This document shows, one piece after another, positions 35,481 to 48,355 of a stretch of 64,000 nucleotides of DNA. The position numbers and the translations under genes are program-made. The first letter of the stretch is position 1. Every line of letters starts with the position of its first letter. The stretch lies in NCBI RefSeq assembly GCF_004010195.1, contig NC_057750.1, forward strand, positions 12,251,144-12,315,143. The letters run 5' to 3'. Source of the stretch: Chiloscyllium plagiosum. Its lineage: Eukaryota. The notes below the pieces were generated by a model, which saw only the letters and a list, made by a program, of their open reading frames with translations, did no database searches and was not told the DNA's origin.

Positions 35481-36705
35481 TGAAAGAACTGCCTGCAGCA
35501 TTGGCATATACACTGCTCACAGCACTAGAATAAGGTCAACACTCTCATCACAGCACAGTAGTGAGTTGTAAATAGGATCTATCTCAATTTGCAGGGTAGG
35601 CTGTGTGCAGACGCAAGAAAAATATAATTGAACAGTCAAAATAATTCAAGACTTCTCTTTATACTTGTGTGATGGAATATTAAAAGGGAAGTAAATAGCA
35701 CTCTGTTTAAATCACAGGTGTCTGTCTATATTTCATTGAGTCAAGGTGTAGGTTAAAAAGAGCCTCTGGATACATCAGATCCATACACTTTTGCCTGCAC
35801 TGATCAGAATAAAGAATTCTGGAGGGACCCGAGGGGTGAGGGAATGGATGGGGGTGGTTTTGGGCTCATTAAGAGGATCAGTGAGTTTACAAGTGGCTCC
35901 GTAACATTACTGCACATGAAGCATATTTGGTTCTCAGTTATGAGTTACTCAGTTATGGAAAACTCAAATCATTAAGTGCACTGAGTATTATTGACCTGCA
36001 AGTGAGCTAAAAGGCTCAGCAAAACTGAACTTTCATCTAACACACTCAGGGCACTCAGAGGATAGCAACCCCCTGGCTGGTCTTTCTACATTTGTATATG
36101 AAACAAAGATAGAAGAGATCAGAGAGTGTTTCGTCTGACCCACCTTTGGCGTAAGAATTGGAAGGTGCTTAACAGCAGCCATGCAGCACATATTTTTTGC
36201 TTCTACTCATTCAGTGCTCCATGCTTCACTGTAGCTTAGACTCATTGAGTCACAGAGTTATACAGCACAGAAACAGACCTGTGAATACAGATTAGAATGG
36301 TCTATGTCAGAATTCATTGGAGCTCTCATGTTTGTCAGCCAACACTCCTCAAGTGGATAGCTTTTTTATCTTAAAAAATGGCAAGCATTTCTTTTCTGAA
36401 TGCATAATCAGATGGAGTTGTAAGAAATATCAAGGCACGATAATCATGGAAAGCTGTGTGAAAACAGACCAGGACTCTGGCTAGTCTGATCTTTGAGAAA
36501 CAAGAAACCCTGGAGTTGGTGCCAGTTGGTCTTCAGACTTGGGTTAATGAATTGTGAAGAAAACAGAATCTAGCGAATCAATTGTTAGTGGAGTTCAGAG
36601 TACAGGAAGAGAAAGATATATTTGTGTACCATCTGTACACTCAAGATGTCCTGTTGCAGTTTACAGTCAGTGAAGTTAAAATCTAGTCATAGTTGTAACA
36701 TTACA

Positions 36706-37039
36706 GTGGTATGGTGGCACAGGCGTTAGCACTGCTGCCTCACAGCATCAGGGATCTGGGTTCGATTCCTGCCTTGGGTGATTGTCTGTGTGGAGTTTGC
36801 ACATTCTCTTTGTGTCTGCGTGGCTTTCTTCCTGATGACATGGTTTCCTCCCACAATCCAAAGACATGCAGGTTAGGTGAATTGGCCATGATAAATTGCC
36901 CATAGTGTTCAGGGATGTATAGGTTTGGTGCATGAGTCAGGGGTAAATGTAGGGGAATGGGTCTGGGCGTGATATGTGGAGGGTCATTGTGGACTTGTTG
37001 GGCCAAAGGGCCTGTTTCCATACAATAGGGATTCTAATT
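36706..37039 (+). mobile_element. HE1-type V-SINE (long subfamily)
   Basis: Head, V-domain and tail. Confidence 0.9.
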
Positions 37040-37649
37040 ACAACAATGATGGAAAAATGGAACAGCAAGACCCCACAATTAGCCATAAGACAATGACCAA
37101 GATAACCTTCTACACTGAGATTTGAAGGATAATTATTTAGCCAGGGCATCGAGGAGAAGTGCTTTGCTTTTTACTTTCTTTTTCATTATTTCAGTGGATG
37201 TTGGTATTTGTGGCTTGGCCAGCATTTATTGCCAATCCTTCATTGCTTTTGAGAAGGTGGTGGTGAGCAACTGCTCTTCCTTCTTGAGTATTATGGAATC
37301 TTCTGCATTTAATCAAGAGGGTTCCATTTAGCACCCAATTTTCAAAAAGAAGCCACTAGCAAAGCAACACTCCTTCAGTATTGCACTGGTACGTCAATCA
37401 AAGTTTCATCTTCAAGTATCTAGTTCTATGAGAAGAGCATTGCCCAGTGATTGATCCCTAACACCTCATAGGACAGTGAACAGAATAAAAACACCAAGAT
37501 CTAGGTTTACAATTATTCTGCGACAGGTCTGGATGTTCAAGTTGGGCCTGAACGAGGCATATAATAACATCTTTGACAGGTTGCTTAAAAATATTCCAAA
37601 AGTGGGAAACGGAAAAGTGAGGCAGGAGTCCCTTGTTGATGTTTTTTTT

Positions 37650-37990
37650 CCCTCTTATGTGATGTGTGCATCACTGGAATGTCCAGCATTTATTGGTCAT
37701 CCCTAATTCCCTTGAACTGACTGTCTTGCTCAGCCAACTCATAGTCACATTGATTGGATCTGGAATTGCATGTTGGCCACACTGGGTAAGGGCAGCAGAT
37801 GTCCTTTCCTAAAAGGCATTAGTGAACCAAATGAGTTTTTAACCACATTCACAGGTAATTTTGTGGTTACCATTTTTGAGATTAGCTTTATGATTCCAAA
37901 TTCATTGGCTAAATTTCAATTCTACCAGCTGCCATGGTAGGATTATTAACCCCCATCCCCATAGCACTAGTGTGACATTGCCAGCACACT
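37650..37990 (-). mobile_element. SINE family B
   Basis: Reverse complement of the 1062-1742 type, from tail to head. Confidence 0.7.
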
Positions 37991-38784
37991 ACTGTTAATG
38001 TAAAGGGATCACTTCATAGCAGAACAGTGTATAGGGTTTGCAGGATACAGGAGTTAAAATGGACCAGGTATCCTTTCTCATCTACATCCACCTTTAATAC
38101 AAACATTGTATCCATACTAAAATGGCTCTTCTGCCTCCTCAAATAAGGCAAAGCAATTGCAGAACACTATCACAAAGAAGTGACCCTTGATGTGGGCTTT
38201 GGGTTGGCCATTCTGGTTTTTCAGAGCCAATGCTAGTTGTATTCTTAGGATGTGGGCGTCACTGGCAAGGAAGGAAAGAATAGAAACATACAACTTCCGG
38301 AGATATTGTGCAAAAAGAAATAACCTTGACATGAAATTCAGGAGCTGGAAGGTTAAAGCAAAGTGCTGAAATATATTTTTAGAGTACTCAGGGTTCTGAA
38401 ATTGCAGTGCTATTTTCATACTGTTAGTCTTGAGAAGCTTATTGTTAGGAGACAGCAATCTGTTGTTTGTGCTCAGAAGCAGCACTTGGTATCATGTGGG
38501 CTGCTTCCCTATTTCTCTGCCTGCAGCATTTTCAGGTTCTAATTATTTTGGTTCTTCCTTATTACAACCATTTCAATCAATGATATAAGCGCTTGACTAA
38601 GTGTTTTGCCTCTGTGTCCGTCACATCTTGTTGGGGTTGGGCACGGGGTGTGGGAGTATGGAGGAGGCTGCCTCTCTCCCCTGCTTGAGGATAGTTAGTT
38701 TCTGGGTTTGGCGAGGTGGAAATGAGGACAAACACAGTGGGAAAAAATAGAGAACAGGAAAAGGAAAGCATTGGATGGTGAATA

Positions 38785-39115
38785 AAAACACCTTGCATTT
38801 ATATAGCACCTTGCATGATGTTAAGGTATATCAATGCATTTTAAAGCCAATGAAATACTTTTGAACTGCAGTCGCAACCAATTTGCACAGAGCTAGATCT
38901 CGCAGAAAGCTATGAAGCCCTGACCAGTAAAACCTGTTTTAAGTCTTGGTTAAGAGATAAATATCAGCAAGGACATAAGAGGGAGCTTTGACAAGTAAAA
39001 CTTGTTTTAAGTCTAGGTTAAGGGATAAATATCGATTGGGACATAAGAGGGTGCTCCTCTGTTGTTTGTCCTATGGTAATGCTTGGAGATAAGACAGTGC
39101 TAGGTTTCATCACCA
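38785..39115 (-). mobile_element. SacSINE1-like DeuSINE 3' part with internal 68-bp tandem duplication (38921-39056)
   Basis: CTTGCATTTATATAGCACCTT tail; TGACCAGTAAAACCTG... is repeated at 38989. Confidence 0.75.
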
Positions 39116-39573
39116 CAATGATTGGAAAAAAGTTTCTTCTTTGGTGATTCCACAGAAGGGCAGCATGTAGGTAAGAAATTGGAGGTCAAGGGTAGATGCT
39201 TGGGGAACTCTGTGGATAATGATCTGAATTGTACAGGGTGGAGTGGGGCCCTGCGGTGATCATGTGAAGCGGCATTCACCCTTCAGGGAGAGAAGTCCTG
39301 TGCTCTGATGGGCCAGCAGCTGAGTCAGTAGTGGCCACCCCTGGAACTATAAGTAACCCTGAAGGGAAGTTACATGGTGGCCATGCTTAGAGTTAAGTCT
39401 GAGGCTCTGGGTTGGTGAGGGATAGGGGACTGTAGAGTAAGTGGGGAGGAGCACGAACATATGAACAAAAGGATTAGGAGCAGAATTAGGTCTTTGTTCC
39501 CTCAAACCTGTTGCACTATTCAATATGATCACAGCTGATCTGGTTGGGTTCTTAATTACACTATTAAATAAAC

Positions 39574-39888
39574 GGGCGGCACGGTGGCACAGTGGTTAGC
39601 ACTGCTGCCTCACAGCGCCAGAGACGTGGGTTCAATTCCCGCCTCAGGCGACTCTCTGCGTGGAGTTTGCACATTCTCCCCGTGTCTGCGTGGGTTTCCT
39701 CCGGGTGCTCCGGTTTCCTCCCACAATCCAAAAATGTGTAGGTTAGGTGGATTGGCCATGCTAAATTGCCCGTAGGGTTAGGTGAAGGGGTAAATGTAGG
39801 AGAATGGGTCTGGGTGGGTTACGCTTCGGCGGGTCGGTGTGGACTTGTGGGGCCGAAGGGCCTGTTTCCACACTGTAAGTAATCTAAT
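39574..39888 (+). mobile_element. HE1-type V-SINE (young)
   Basis: Full-length and CpG-rich. Confidence 0.93.
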
Positions 39889-40655
39889 GAAGCAGTTCCT
39901 GTTGAAATGCAGGAAGACCTGGACAATATCCGGGCTTGGGCTGACAAGTGGCAAGGAACATCCATGCCCCAAAATAGGCAATGATGGTCTCCAACAGAAG
40001 ACCATTGACCCTTGACATCCAATAGTACCACCACTGTTAAATCCCTATCAACATCCTGGGAGTTACAATTGAACTGCTCTAATCATATAAATTATGTGGC
40101 TATGAAAGCAGGTCAGAGGCTAGCAATTCCGCAGTAGGTAACTCACCTGACTGTCCAGAGTCTGTGCACCATCTACAAGCAGAAGTCAGGGGTGTGATGG
40201 AATACACCCCACTTTCCTGGATGAGTGGAAATCTAAAAACACACAAGAAGCTTCAAACCATGCAAGAACAAGCAGTTGGCTTGATTGGTACCACATCCAC
40301 ATGCATCTACAAAATGCACTGCAGATAATCACCAAGACTCCTTAAATAGCCGCTTCCAAACCTATACCACCAGCATCTAAAAGGACAATAACAGCATATA
40401 CAAGGGACCACCATCCCTTCCAAGTTCCATTCGAGCCACTCATTGTCCTGAATTGGAAATAATTGTCCTGCCGTTCCTGTGGTTTTGCTGGCTAAGATTA
40501 TTTGAACTCCCTCCCTAACAGCATTGTGGGTGTACCTACACCAAATGCAGTGGTTCAAGAAGGCAGTTTACTACTTTCTCAAAGGCAACTAGGGATGGGC
40601 AATAAATGCTGGCCCAGCTAAAGACACCTGTTTTCCATAAACAAATGAAGAATAA
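39889..40655 (+). mobile_element. LINE family B RT C-terminus plus 3' end
   Basis: MQEDLDNIRAWADKWQ, INILGVTI; tail AGGCAACTAGGGATGGGCAATAAATGCTGGCC. Confidence 0.85.
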
Positions 40656-40715
40656 GATTCCGAGCTACCCGCTGCAAGTTTTAATTCTGTTGCCTAACAA
40701 GAATCTATCTACCTT

Positions 40716-41402
40716 CATATTAATACAGCATGGAAACAGGCCCTTCAGCCCAAACTGGTCCATGCTACCATGGTGTCCCTTCATCTAGTTTCAATTGCCT
40801 ACATTTGGTCCACATATGCCTCTATATTCTTCCCATCCATGTACCTATCCAAATGATTTTTTTAAAATGTTGCTATTGTACGTGCCATAACCACTTCCTC
40901 TGGCAGCCCATTCCATACACGCACTACTTTCTGCATGAAAAAGTTGCCCCTCAGGTCCTTGTTAAATCTTTTCTCCCTCTCCCCATAAACCCATACTTTC
41001 TTGTCTTAAATTGCCCTTCCCTGGGTAAAAGACTATATGCATTTATCCTATCTATGCCCTTAATGATTTTATACACCTCAATAAGGTCATCCCTCATTCT
41101 CCTATGTTCCAAGGAACCCTGGCCAACCTCTGCTTACAACTCAGGTCCACTATCCTTGCAACATCCTCATAAATCTTCTTTGCACTCTTTCCAGTTTAAC
41201 TATATCTTTCCTATAACAGGGTGACCAAAACTGTACACAATAGTCCAAGTGCGGCCTCATTAACGACTTACACAACTGTAATATTACATCCCAACTCCTA
41301 TACTCAATGTCTCAACCGATGAAGGTCAGCATGTTAGAAGCCTTCTCCACCACCCTGTCTACTTGTGATGCCTCTTTCAAAGAACTATGCATTTGAACTT
41401 CT
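40716..41402 (-). mobile_element. HER1-like CR1 3' fragment
   Basis: Collinear with 7576-8260. Confidence 0.88.
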
Positions 41403-42763
41403 GTGATGACTCTCAGCCCGTCATCTGTTTCTTCTGTGCCTTAATAAAAATGCATGACTTCCTCCACAGCCCACTGAGACAGAGAAGTCCAAAAAGCAGA
41501 TCCCACTGGGAGAAAAGAATGTCCTCATCACTATTCTACATGGGAGATCCCTCATTTCAAATATAATTTTTAGATTTAATTTTATTACACTCCCCCCCCG
41601 CCACTTCAGAACTCACCCACAAGAGGAAATATCTACCCTCATCCATCTTGTCAAGACGTTCAGGATCCAGAGTCAGGAGGTCAAGTTGGGTCTCACAGAG
41701 TGAGATGGGGAGGTGGTGGTGAGTAATATCGTGGGGGTTAGATTTGTCTCCAAAATAACCTTATTTTATGTGCCTCTCATGCCCGTTCTGCAAATAAACT
41801 GGCTGGGAGGAGGGGGCTATGCTATAATATCACCAATAACTCAAAGGTGAAAAGAGAAGCTATTGTAGCAGGTTCTCTGCAAGGCATTGGACAGGTAAAA
41901 AAGGAACCAGGCAAGGGTAGTGCTACTCATCTGGACACAAATGGATGTTTCAAAAGCTTCAGATAAGTGAGAAGGATGAGGAGGGACAATACACCATTGT
42001 CACAGAAGATGTCAGTGTGACGGTATTAATTATGAACTGTTACACAATATGGACTAAAAGTGAAGTCAGCCACAGTGCACAGTGTAACCTGTTCCCACTG
42101 TATATCTCACAGTCCAATCCCTGCTTTCAGTCATTAAAGGTTGCCATTTAACACATTTTTTTATCTAAAATACCCAAACCTGTGCCCTGTTTGGTATATC
42201 TTTCTCACTGTTGGACTGTAAACCTTGCAACATTACCCAGACAAATAAAACATTTCGCATAAGTAGACAAATTGTCACCCCCTCCTCCCAACTCATCAGA
42301 TATACATTGCCTGCTTTGTGGTAAACGTAAAAGATAAGACAACCTATTGGAAAATAAACTGGAGGGATAAAAAGCAACAGGGAGTTATGAATTTAACAAG
42401 AGAAGATGCAAAATAAGGGTGAGAATTGATATTTAGATGTCAGGACTGCTGGGCTAGAGAGCACAAGAGATGATTAAGCATCTGCAGGAACCGCTACAGC
42501 TCACAATGACTTATTTTGCTCTAACGATAATAACCTTTGAGGATAAGCGAAGATGAGATTGAATCATAAAGTTTAATGGCTCTTTTCCCAGTACTGTTTG
42601 GCTGCATGTAAAATATTCAAACCTGGCCAAGTTTCAAAATAAAGACTGGCATTTTCTTCAATCGTGTGAACGATTGCTATTTTCTGTGTTGTTATGTGAT
42701 TCACACACTGTCAACTGAGGTTGGTTTTGCACAAACTGTTTTCTATTTCTAAATTTGCTTTTA

Positions 42764-43200
42764 GAAAGGAAGGACTTGCACTTCTAAACCATATTTCAGG
42801 CTCACACAATATCCCAAAGCATCTCACAGCTCATGAATTAACTTTTAACTGCTGTAATGTAGAAACACACAGCTGCCAAATTGCACACAGCAGGAGTCTC
42901 AGAAACAGCAGTAATGACCATACAATCTGAATGAGGTAGGTTTAGCGACAGATATTGGTTAGGAATCACCAGGAAGAATTATTCTGTTCTTCTTCCAGTA
43001 GATACATAAGTTCTTTTATATCAAGCCACAGAGCAGAGGCAGATCCACTTCATGTCATCCCTAACAGACCATATCTCTGAGTGTGTGGTACTCCCTCAGT
43101 GCTGTCCTGGGAGTGTCAACCCAGATATTATTTTCATGTGTCTGGAATGGGGTTAGAACTCTCAATTCTCTAGCTCACAGACAGCCACCCACTGAGCCAC
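42764..43200 (-). mobile_element. SacSINE1-like DeuSINE, near full length
   Basis: Head GTGGCTCAGTGGG on the minus strand, Deu-domain-like middle and TGCAAGTCCTTCCTTTC tail. Confidence 0.75.
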
Positions 43201-43461
43201 TACAGTTTTGACTTTTATGTAACTTCCCAAACACTGCAAGGCCAAGTGGGATGTAAATGGAGGCAGTGAGACCAATGTTGAGAGTTGGCTTGTTTTGTTT
43301 AAAACAAGCTTTTAAATTCATGCTCCACTTTAGGTCTTGAGCATATAATTTATGAAAAAACAATCTTGTGCAGTATTAAGGTAGTCCTGCAATCTCAGAG
43401 GAGATGTCTTTCATTGGACTTAGAAATGGAGAAGGAAGTCATTCAGCCTTTCTAGCCTGCT

Positions 43462-43762
43462 TTTGGATGAGATGTAAATTTGAGACACAATTTCTCTCCA
43501 TGGATAAATATCGTGGATTTTGTTGTTCTATATGACGATAAGCAGCTGTTTCTTCTGGTATCTTGGTTTCCCCAATTCAAGATTCCCGACTTAAAACAGA
43601 TGAGCTGATCATTTGTACTGAATGTTAGAATTTGTTTTCTGTAAACTGGCTACGACATTTGGCTACAAAACAACAATAAACATACTGTACTGTAAAAGTG
43701 ATTCATTGGCAGTGAAGCATTTTGGAAAGGCCTCCAAATGTGCCAGGTGCTATATAAATGCT
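43462..43762 (+). mobile_element. SacSINE1-like DeuSINE 3' two-thirds
   Basis: TTTTGGATGAGATGTAAA...ATTCATTGGCAGTGAAGCATTTTGG...GTGCTATATAAATGC. Confidence 0.65.
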
Positions 43763-44564
43763 GGCTGTGCAGCCTTGGCCAGGGCAGGGAATTCCTTGCA
43801 CAAAAGAGGGAGATTCATAAGAAATCAGCAGCTGTATGTCAGGTGTATGGCATGTGTGGATCAGAATTACCAATTAAACACAGTGGCAGAATTCATTACT
43901 TACATAAATAGCCTGGCACTGTCTCTGGTAATGACAGAAATTTAGAGTCATGTCAAATTTTATGATACATAGCGTAATAGCGAACCCTGAAGGAATGAAT
44001 TACTTAGGAGTGAAGCACTCCCAGTTTTAAATTATGGATTGGAGAAGCAATTTTCTTTCATTTTAAATTATAGCTGTAGGAATGGAAAGCACCTACATTA
44101 TAAATTACAGATGCTGTAGCATTGTAATCCAAATATTGTGAGCAATATTTTATTTGCAATGATTTATTCTGTGTCTGTATATAAAATGGCAGAAATCCTT
44201 AACCTATCATTTTTTCCATCTCCTAAACACAAGGACAGTTTTTTTTACCAAGGACGAAGGGGCCAGGATCTGGTTTGGGCACCTTTGAAAATCATTGTCC
44301 TCGAGATCATTCTGGGATCTTAACACCTGAGATGGTCTTGAATTTTCAAACAGCCAGCAACAGATAGAGGAAGGCAGGGAAATGTGAAATGTGCTTGTCA
44401 CCAAATTAATTAACTTGTTACAAAGCCTGTATTGTTTGAGTTTGGAATGTAAAATTTATTTTCCAATACAGTTTTGTACTTGTGAGTGTTCAGCTATTGG
44501 AGTCATAGTGGGTTCTGGTAACTTTCTCCTCAGTATCTTTGAGTTAGCATTGCACAGTTGATGG

Positions 44565-44790
44565 CAAAGTGGTAATATCAACAGCCTTATACTCCCTATG
44601 AGTGCTTCAAGAGCATGGGTTCAAATCTTGCCAAAGTTGCTAGTGAACTTAAATACAAAAAAATCTGGAAAGCACAATCTTAGTATGGTACCTGAAGTCT
44701 ACAGTATCATAGAGTGTGGTAATTAATATGAATTGTTATAAATACCCATCTGGTTCACTAATGTCCTTTTATGAAAGGTAATCCTTTCCA
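44565..44790 (+). mobile_element. SINE family B 5' half
   Basis: ATGGCAAAGTGGTAATATCA...CATGGGTTCAAATC...CCCATCTGGTTCACTAATGTCCTTT. Confidence 0.65.
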
Positions 44791-44804
44791 TACTAAGTAT
44801 AGGG

Positions 44805-45445
44805 CTGAGAAAGTTCTGCCTTTCAGATAAAGTGTTGAAGCATGCTACTGCCTTACCTTTTACATAAAATAGAAGACTTCATGGCACTCTTATGAAGAAG
44901 AAAGAGGAAGTCTTGTGCAGTGGGAAGCATCACTGCCTCTGAGCCAGAGGCTGTGGCTTTAAGTCCCACCCACGGGATGTAATGACTATGGAAGGTATGT
45001 TCAAAATGTACCAAACAGATTGATTATCAAGCCATAAATCCTTCCAGCACACCTTTGGCAAGAGTAAGAGCAGGAGAGTGTCCTCGTCAGCCATTCCTGA
45101 TGTAGGGGTGTCTCGTAAGCCACCACCTCTGGTGCCTGTACCAGGAAGACCTAGCCATGCAAACAGACATAAGCATGTGCTTGGTCTGCCATTCTGCTAT
45201 GGAGCAATGAGCGAGATTATGAAAGAAGGATTATGGAGAAGAGTAGGTGGAGCATTCCCTTGTGTCTTAGCCAATATTTATTCCTTGATCAACATGACCA
45301 GAAAAATTATGATATCTTTTATCACATTTCTTTTGTTGGGATTTAATGTGAATAAATTGGTTGCTGTATTTCTTACATTCCAATAGTGACTGTGCTCGCT
45401 AAGGCATTTCATTGGCTGTAAAATGCCTTTGCTCTTTTTTTCTGA
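44805..45445 (+). mobile_element. SacSINE1-like DeuSINE split by another SINE
   Basis: CTGCCTTTCAGATAAAGTGTT...TTATGAAGAAG | TTATGGAGAAGAG...TTCATTGGCTGTAAAATG. Confidence 0.65.
44910..45230 (+). mobile_element. Unclassified tRNA-headed SINE
   Basis: GTGCAGTGGGAAGCATCACTGCCTCTGAGCCAGAGG...TTTAAGTCCCAC head; flanked by TTATGAAGAAG and TTATGGAGAAG. Confidence 0.55.
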
Positions 45446-45679
45446 AGGCATAGCAATCAATTTGTAAAGTTTTATCAGGCTTCATATAATAAAATCCTTC
45501 TTCCAGCATCTCTTATGCTCCCAATTAGCTGATTATTGCCATTGTCAATTACACTTGGATCTAATGAGAATATTAGTCTTGGGATTTGAGCATTTCAATA
45601 CAACTCTGACTCATTTAAATATATATAAGAGAAAGAAAATACTCAGGAAAACCTAATGAAGTCTGCAGCCAGAAAAATA

Positions 45680-46050
45680 TTTTTGAAGTATTGTTTATTT
45701 TGTGGTGAAGGAGATGCAATAGCCAATGTGCTTGCAGCAGATCTCACAATCAAATGATGACCAGATCATCTGGTTTATTGATGTTAGCTTCAATAAATAT
45801 AAGCGAGGCAATATCCCTGATTTTGTTTGAAACAGCTCAATGGAACGTTTTACATTTGCCCTTGGAAGCAAACAAGCTTTAGCTTAACCTTGAATCAGAG
45901 ATATTGTACCTTTGATTTAGCAGCAGTCCCTTGGTACTGTGTTGGGATAGCTGAACTAGATTTTGCACCCAAGTCACTGGAAAATAATTAATTGTATAAC
46001 CTTCTGAATTATTAAAAGAAAATGATGCAGACTGTGCCAAAGCTGACACC
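45680..46050 (-). mobile_element. Degenerate SacSINE1-like DeuSINE
   Basis: Collinear by eye with other copies. Confidence 0.55.
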
Positions 46051-46471
46051 TTAACACCCGACTACTGGTGAAGCTGCCAAAATATTTAAAGCTGAAAACT
46101 GCTAACAGATTTTAATTTATTCCAGAAGACAGAGCTGTTGTTCATTGGCCTGAGAGCCATTTAGAGCCCCACATCAAATCTAGTAGGGAAGACTTACCAG
46201 TAAAATACAGAGGCTGGCAGCTCTCCAATGTGGCAGCACCACAAGAGATGTGACAGTTGGCACCAATGCACCTCCCAAAGCCACTGGATCAATAAGGGAG
46301 CTGAGGCCTGGGGTTAGGGCCAAAGTGATAGTGAGAATGGCTGTGGATGCGAGGTTTGGGGCTAGTGTTGGGAGAGACTGGGTGAGAGGCAAAGATAGAT
46401 GGGTGGCTTTCAGGTTGGTTCTTTTAGATCAGACAATGAGTCCCATTGACAGAACCATTCCTCCCCCTACC

Positions 46472-46495
46472 ACACACACACACACACACACACAC
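46472..46495. repeat. (CA)n microsatellite
   Basis: About 12 AC units. Confidence 0.95.
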
Positions 46496-46574
46496 CAGCC
46501 AGCAACTTCTCCCCACCCCATCCCTGTGGAGCTCACTTCGGACATCTTACATGGTGACTCTCCTGCCTGACTCT

Positions 46575-46828
46575 GGGTGAACACTAGCAATCTGAAACGT
46601 TAAGGCATTGGCACATGTTCTAACTAATGGTGACCATTTAACCATTGTTGGTTGTTGTGGAAACACATTTGGATCATTAAAGACTTAAGAGAAGGAAATC
46701 TTTCAGCTTATGTTGTGATGCCAGTCCCATTGCAATGTGGTTAAGTGTTAGCTGACTTTTGAAATGGCTGACAGAGCCAATCAGTTCAAGGATATTTAGG
46801 GATGGGCAACAAATGCTGGCCTTGCTGC
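46575..46828 (+). mobile_element. SINE family B 3' part
   Basis: TAATGGTGACCAT...CAGTTCAAGGATATTTAGGGATGGGCAACAAATGCTGGCCTTG. Confidence 0.7.
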
Positions 46829-47036
46829 CTTACCTCATTTGGCTGGGCAGCTGCTTTCTGTTGCACAGTGATGCCAACAGCATGGGTTCAATTCCCATAC
46901 TAGCTGAGATTACCATGAAGGACTGTCCTTCTCACCTCTCCCCTCATCTGAGATGTGAGTGATGATCCTCTGGTTAAACCACCACAAGTGGTCTCTCTAA
47001 TGAGAAAGCAATGCGATGGCACCTTTATCTTTACCT
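46829..47036 (+). mobile_element. Unclassified short tRNA-like SINE (related copy at ~49735-49930)
   Basis: Shared GCCAA(C/T)A(G/C)CATGGGTTCA...CCATAC(T/C)AGCTG and TCTCTAATG. Confidence 0.5.
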
Positions 47037-47479
47037 TTTTACTATGCAATACAATGTGAGTGGTGATCTCCATTACAGTATCCTTCTCTCATTGCAAAGA
47101 CATTCTGCCTATCAACAAATTAATGATATACTATATGAAATTCAATGCTGATTGATGCTAGGTATGGAGGCCATACATGCTAAAGAATGGCCAATCATAT
47201 CAAATAACATATCTCTTCAGAAGTTCATAACAAACAAGCTACTGACTGGAGCCAACCAACCCTTGCTTGCAAAACTATTAATGTAGCGTCCAACATTAGA
47301 TGTGATTCCACATTTGCTAAATAAACTTGAGTGTGCCAAGAATTATGGACAAAGCAAGAGAGAAAGGTACTTACATGGGCAATGATAAACAGATCTTAAC
47401 AGGCATAGAGACTAAAAATCTAAGTATAAATAAACAGATGTGCTTGAGGCTACTAAAATGATGGTAAAAAGGCAAAACT

Positions 47480-48355
47480 AATGGCTCTGTATCTGAATGC
47501 ACATAGAATTTGAAAAAAATGAATTGAATATATAAATAGAAATTAATAAGTAATCTGATAGTCAATAGAGAGACATGGCTGCAGGATCACATAAATTAGA
47601 ATCTAAAATTGAAGGTTACATGACATTTTGGAAAGACTTAAAGCTGGAGGGTACGCGCACAACAGAGATGGTTGACCTATGTTCAGGAAGCCAGGATGTA
47701 GAATAAGGGCAGGTATGAAAGCATGGCAGCAGATCAAGCTAAAGTGAACTGGCAAATTAGGTTAAAAAATAGGCCAGTGGGATTGTAGAGTCAGCTATTT
47801 CTGGGGATAGGTCAGAATATTCACGATAGATGCGGTACAATATGAAAGAAAAATTCAAAATGAAGAATCCACTATCTGCGGTCAACTTAAAAAAAACAAT
47901 ATCAACCTTAAACAAAATCCATATAATTGCATGAAGATAGATGGCAGAAGATTGGTCTGAATATAAAGAAGCAAATAATGACTCAAATATTAACAAGGAG
48001 GATAAAATTAGAATACAAGAGAAAGCTATATAAAATCAAATAATAAATGTCTTTAGCTATTTGAAATAAAATAATTAGCAGAGTAAGCTTTAGTCCCAAT
48101 GAAAGTGTGACTAGGGAATTATTAATGGAAAATAGAATTGACCAATGTATTTAACATGTAGTTTTCATCAGTTATCACTATAGTGGACACAAGTAACACC
48201 TTAGAAATAGCTAAATATCAGGATACAGAAAGGAGAGAGGACTCAAGAACATTAAAATCATTTCCCAAGGAAATGCTACTGAGCAAATTGTTGGAGCTGC
48301 AAACTGACAAGACCTGGGTCTGGATGGATTTTATTCAAAGTGACAAGTGAGGCAT
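47480..48355 (+). mobile_element. Highly decayed CR1 ORF2 5' region
   Basis: ETWLQ APE motif near 47570; later FNMXFSSVIT and LLSKLLELQTDK. Confidence 0.6.

Noticed and set aside
38117..38485. 122-aa minus-strand ORF
   Set aside because: No domain; it includes a family-B tail remnant.
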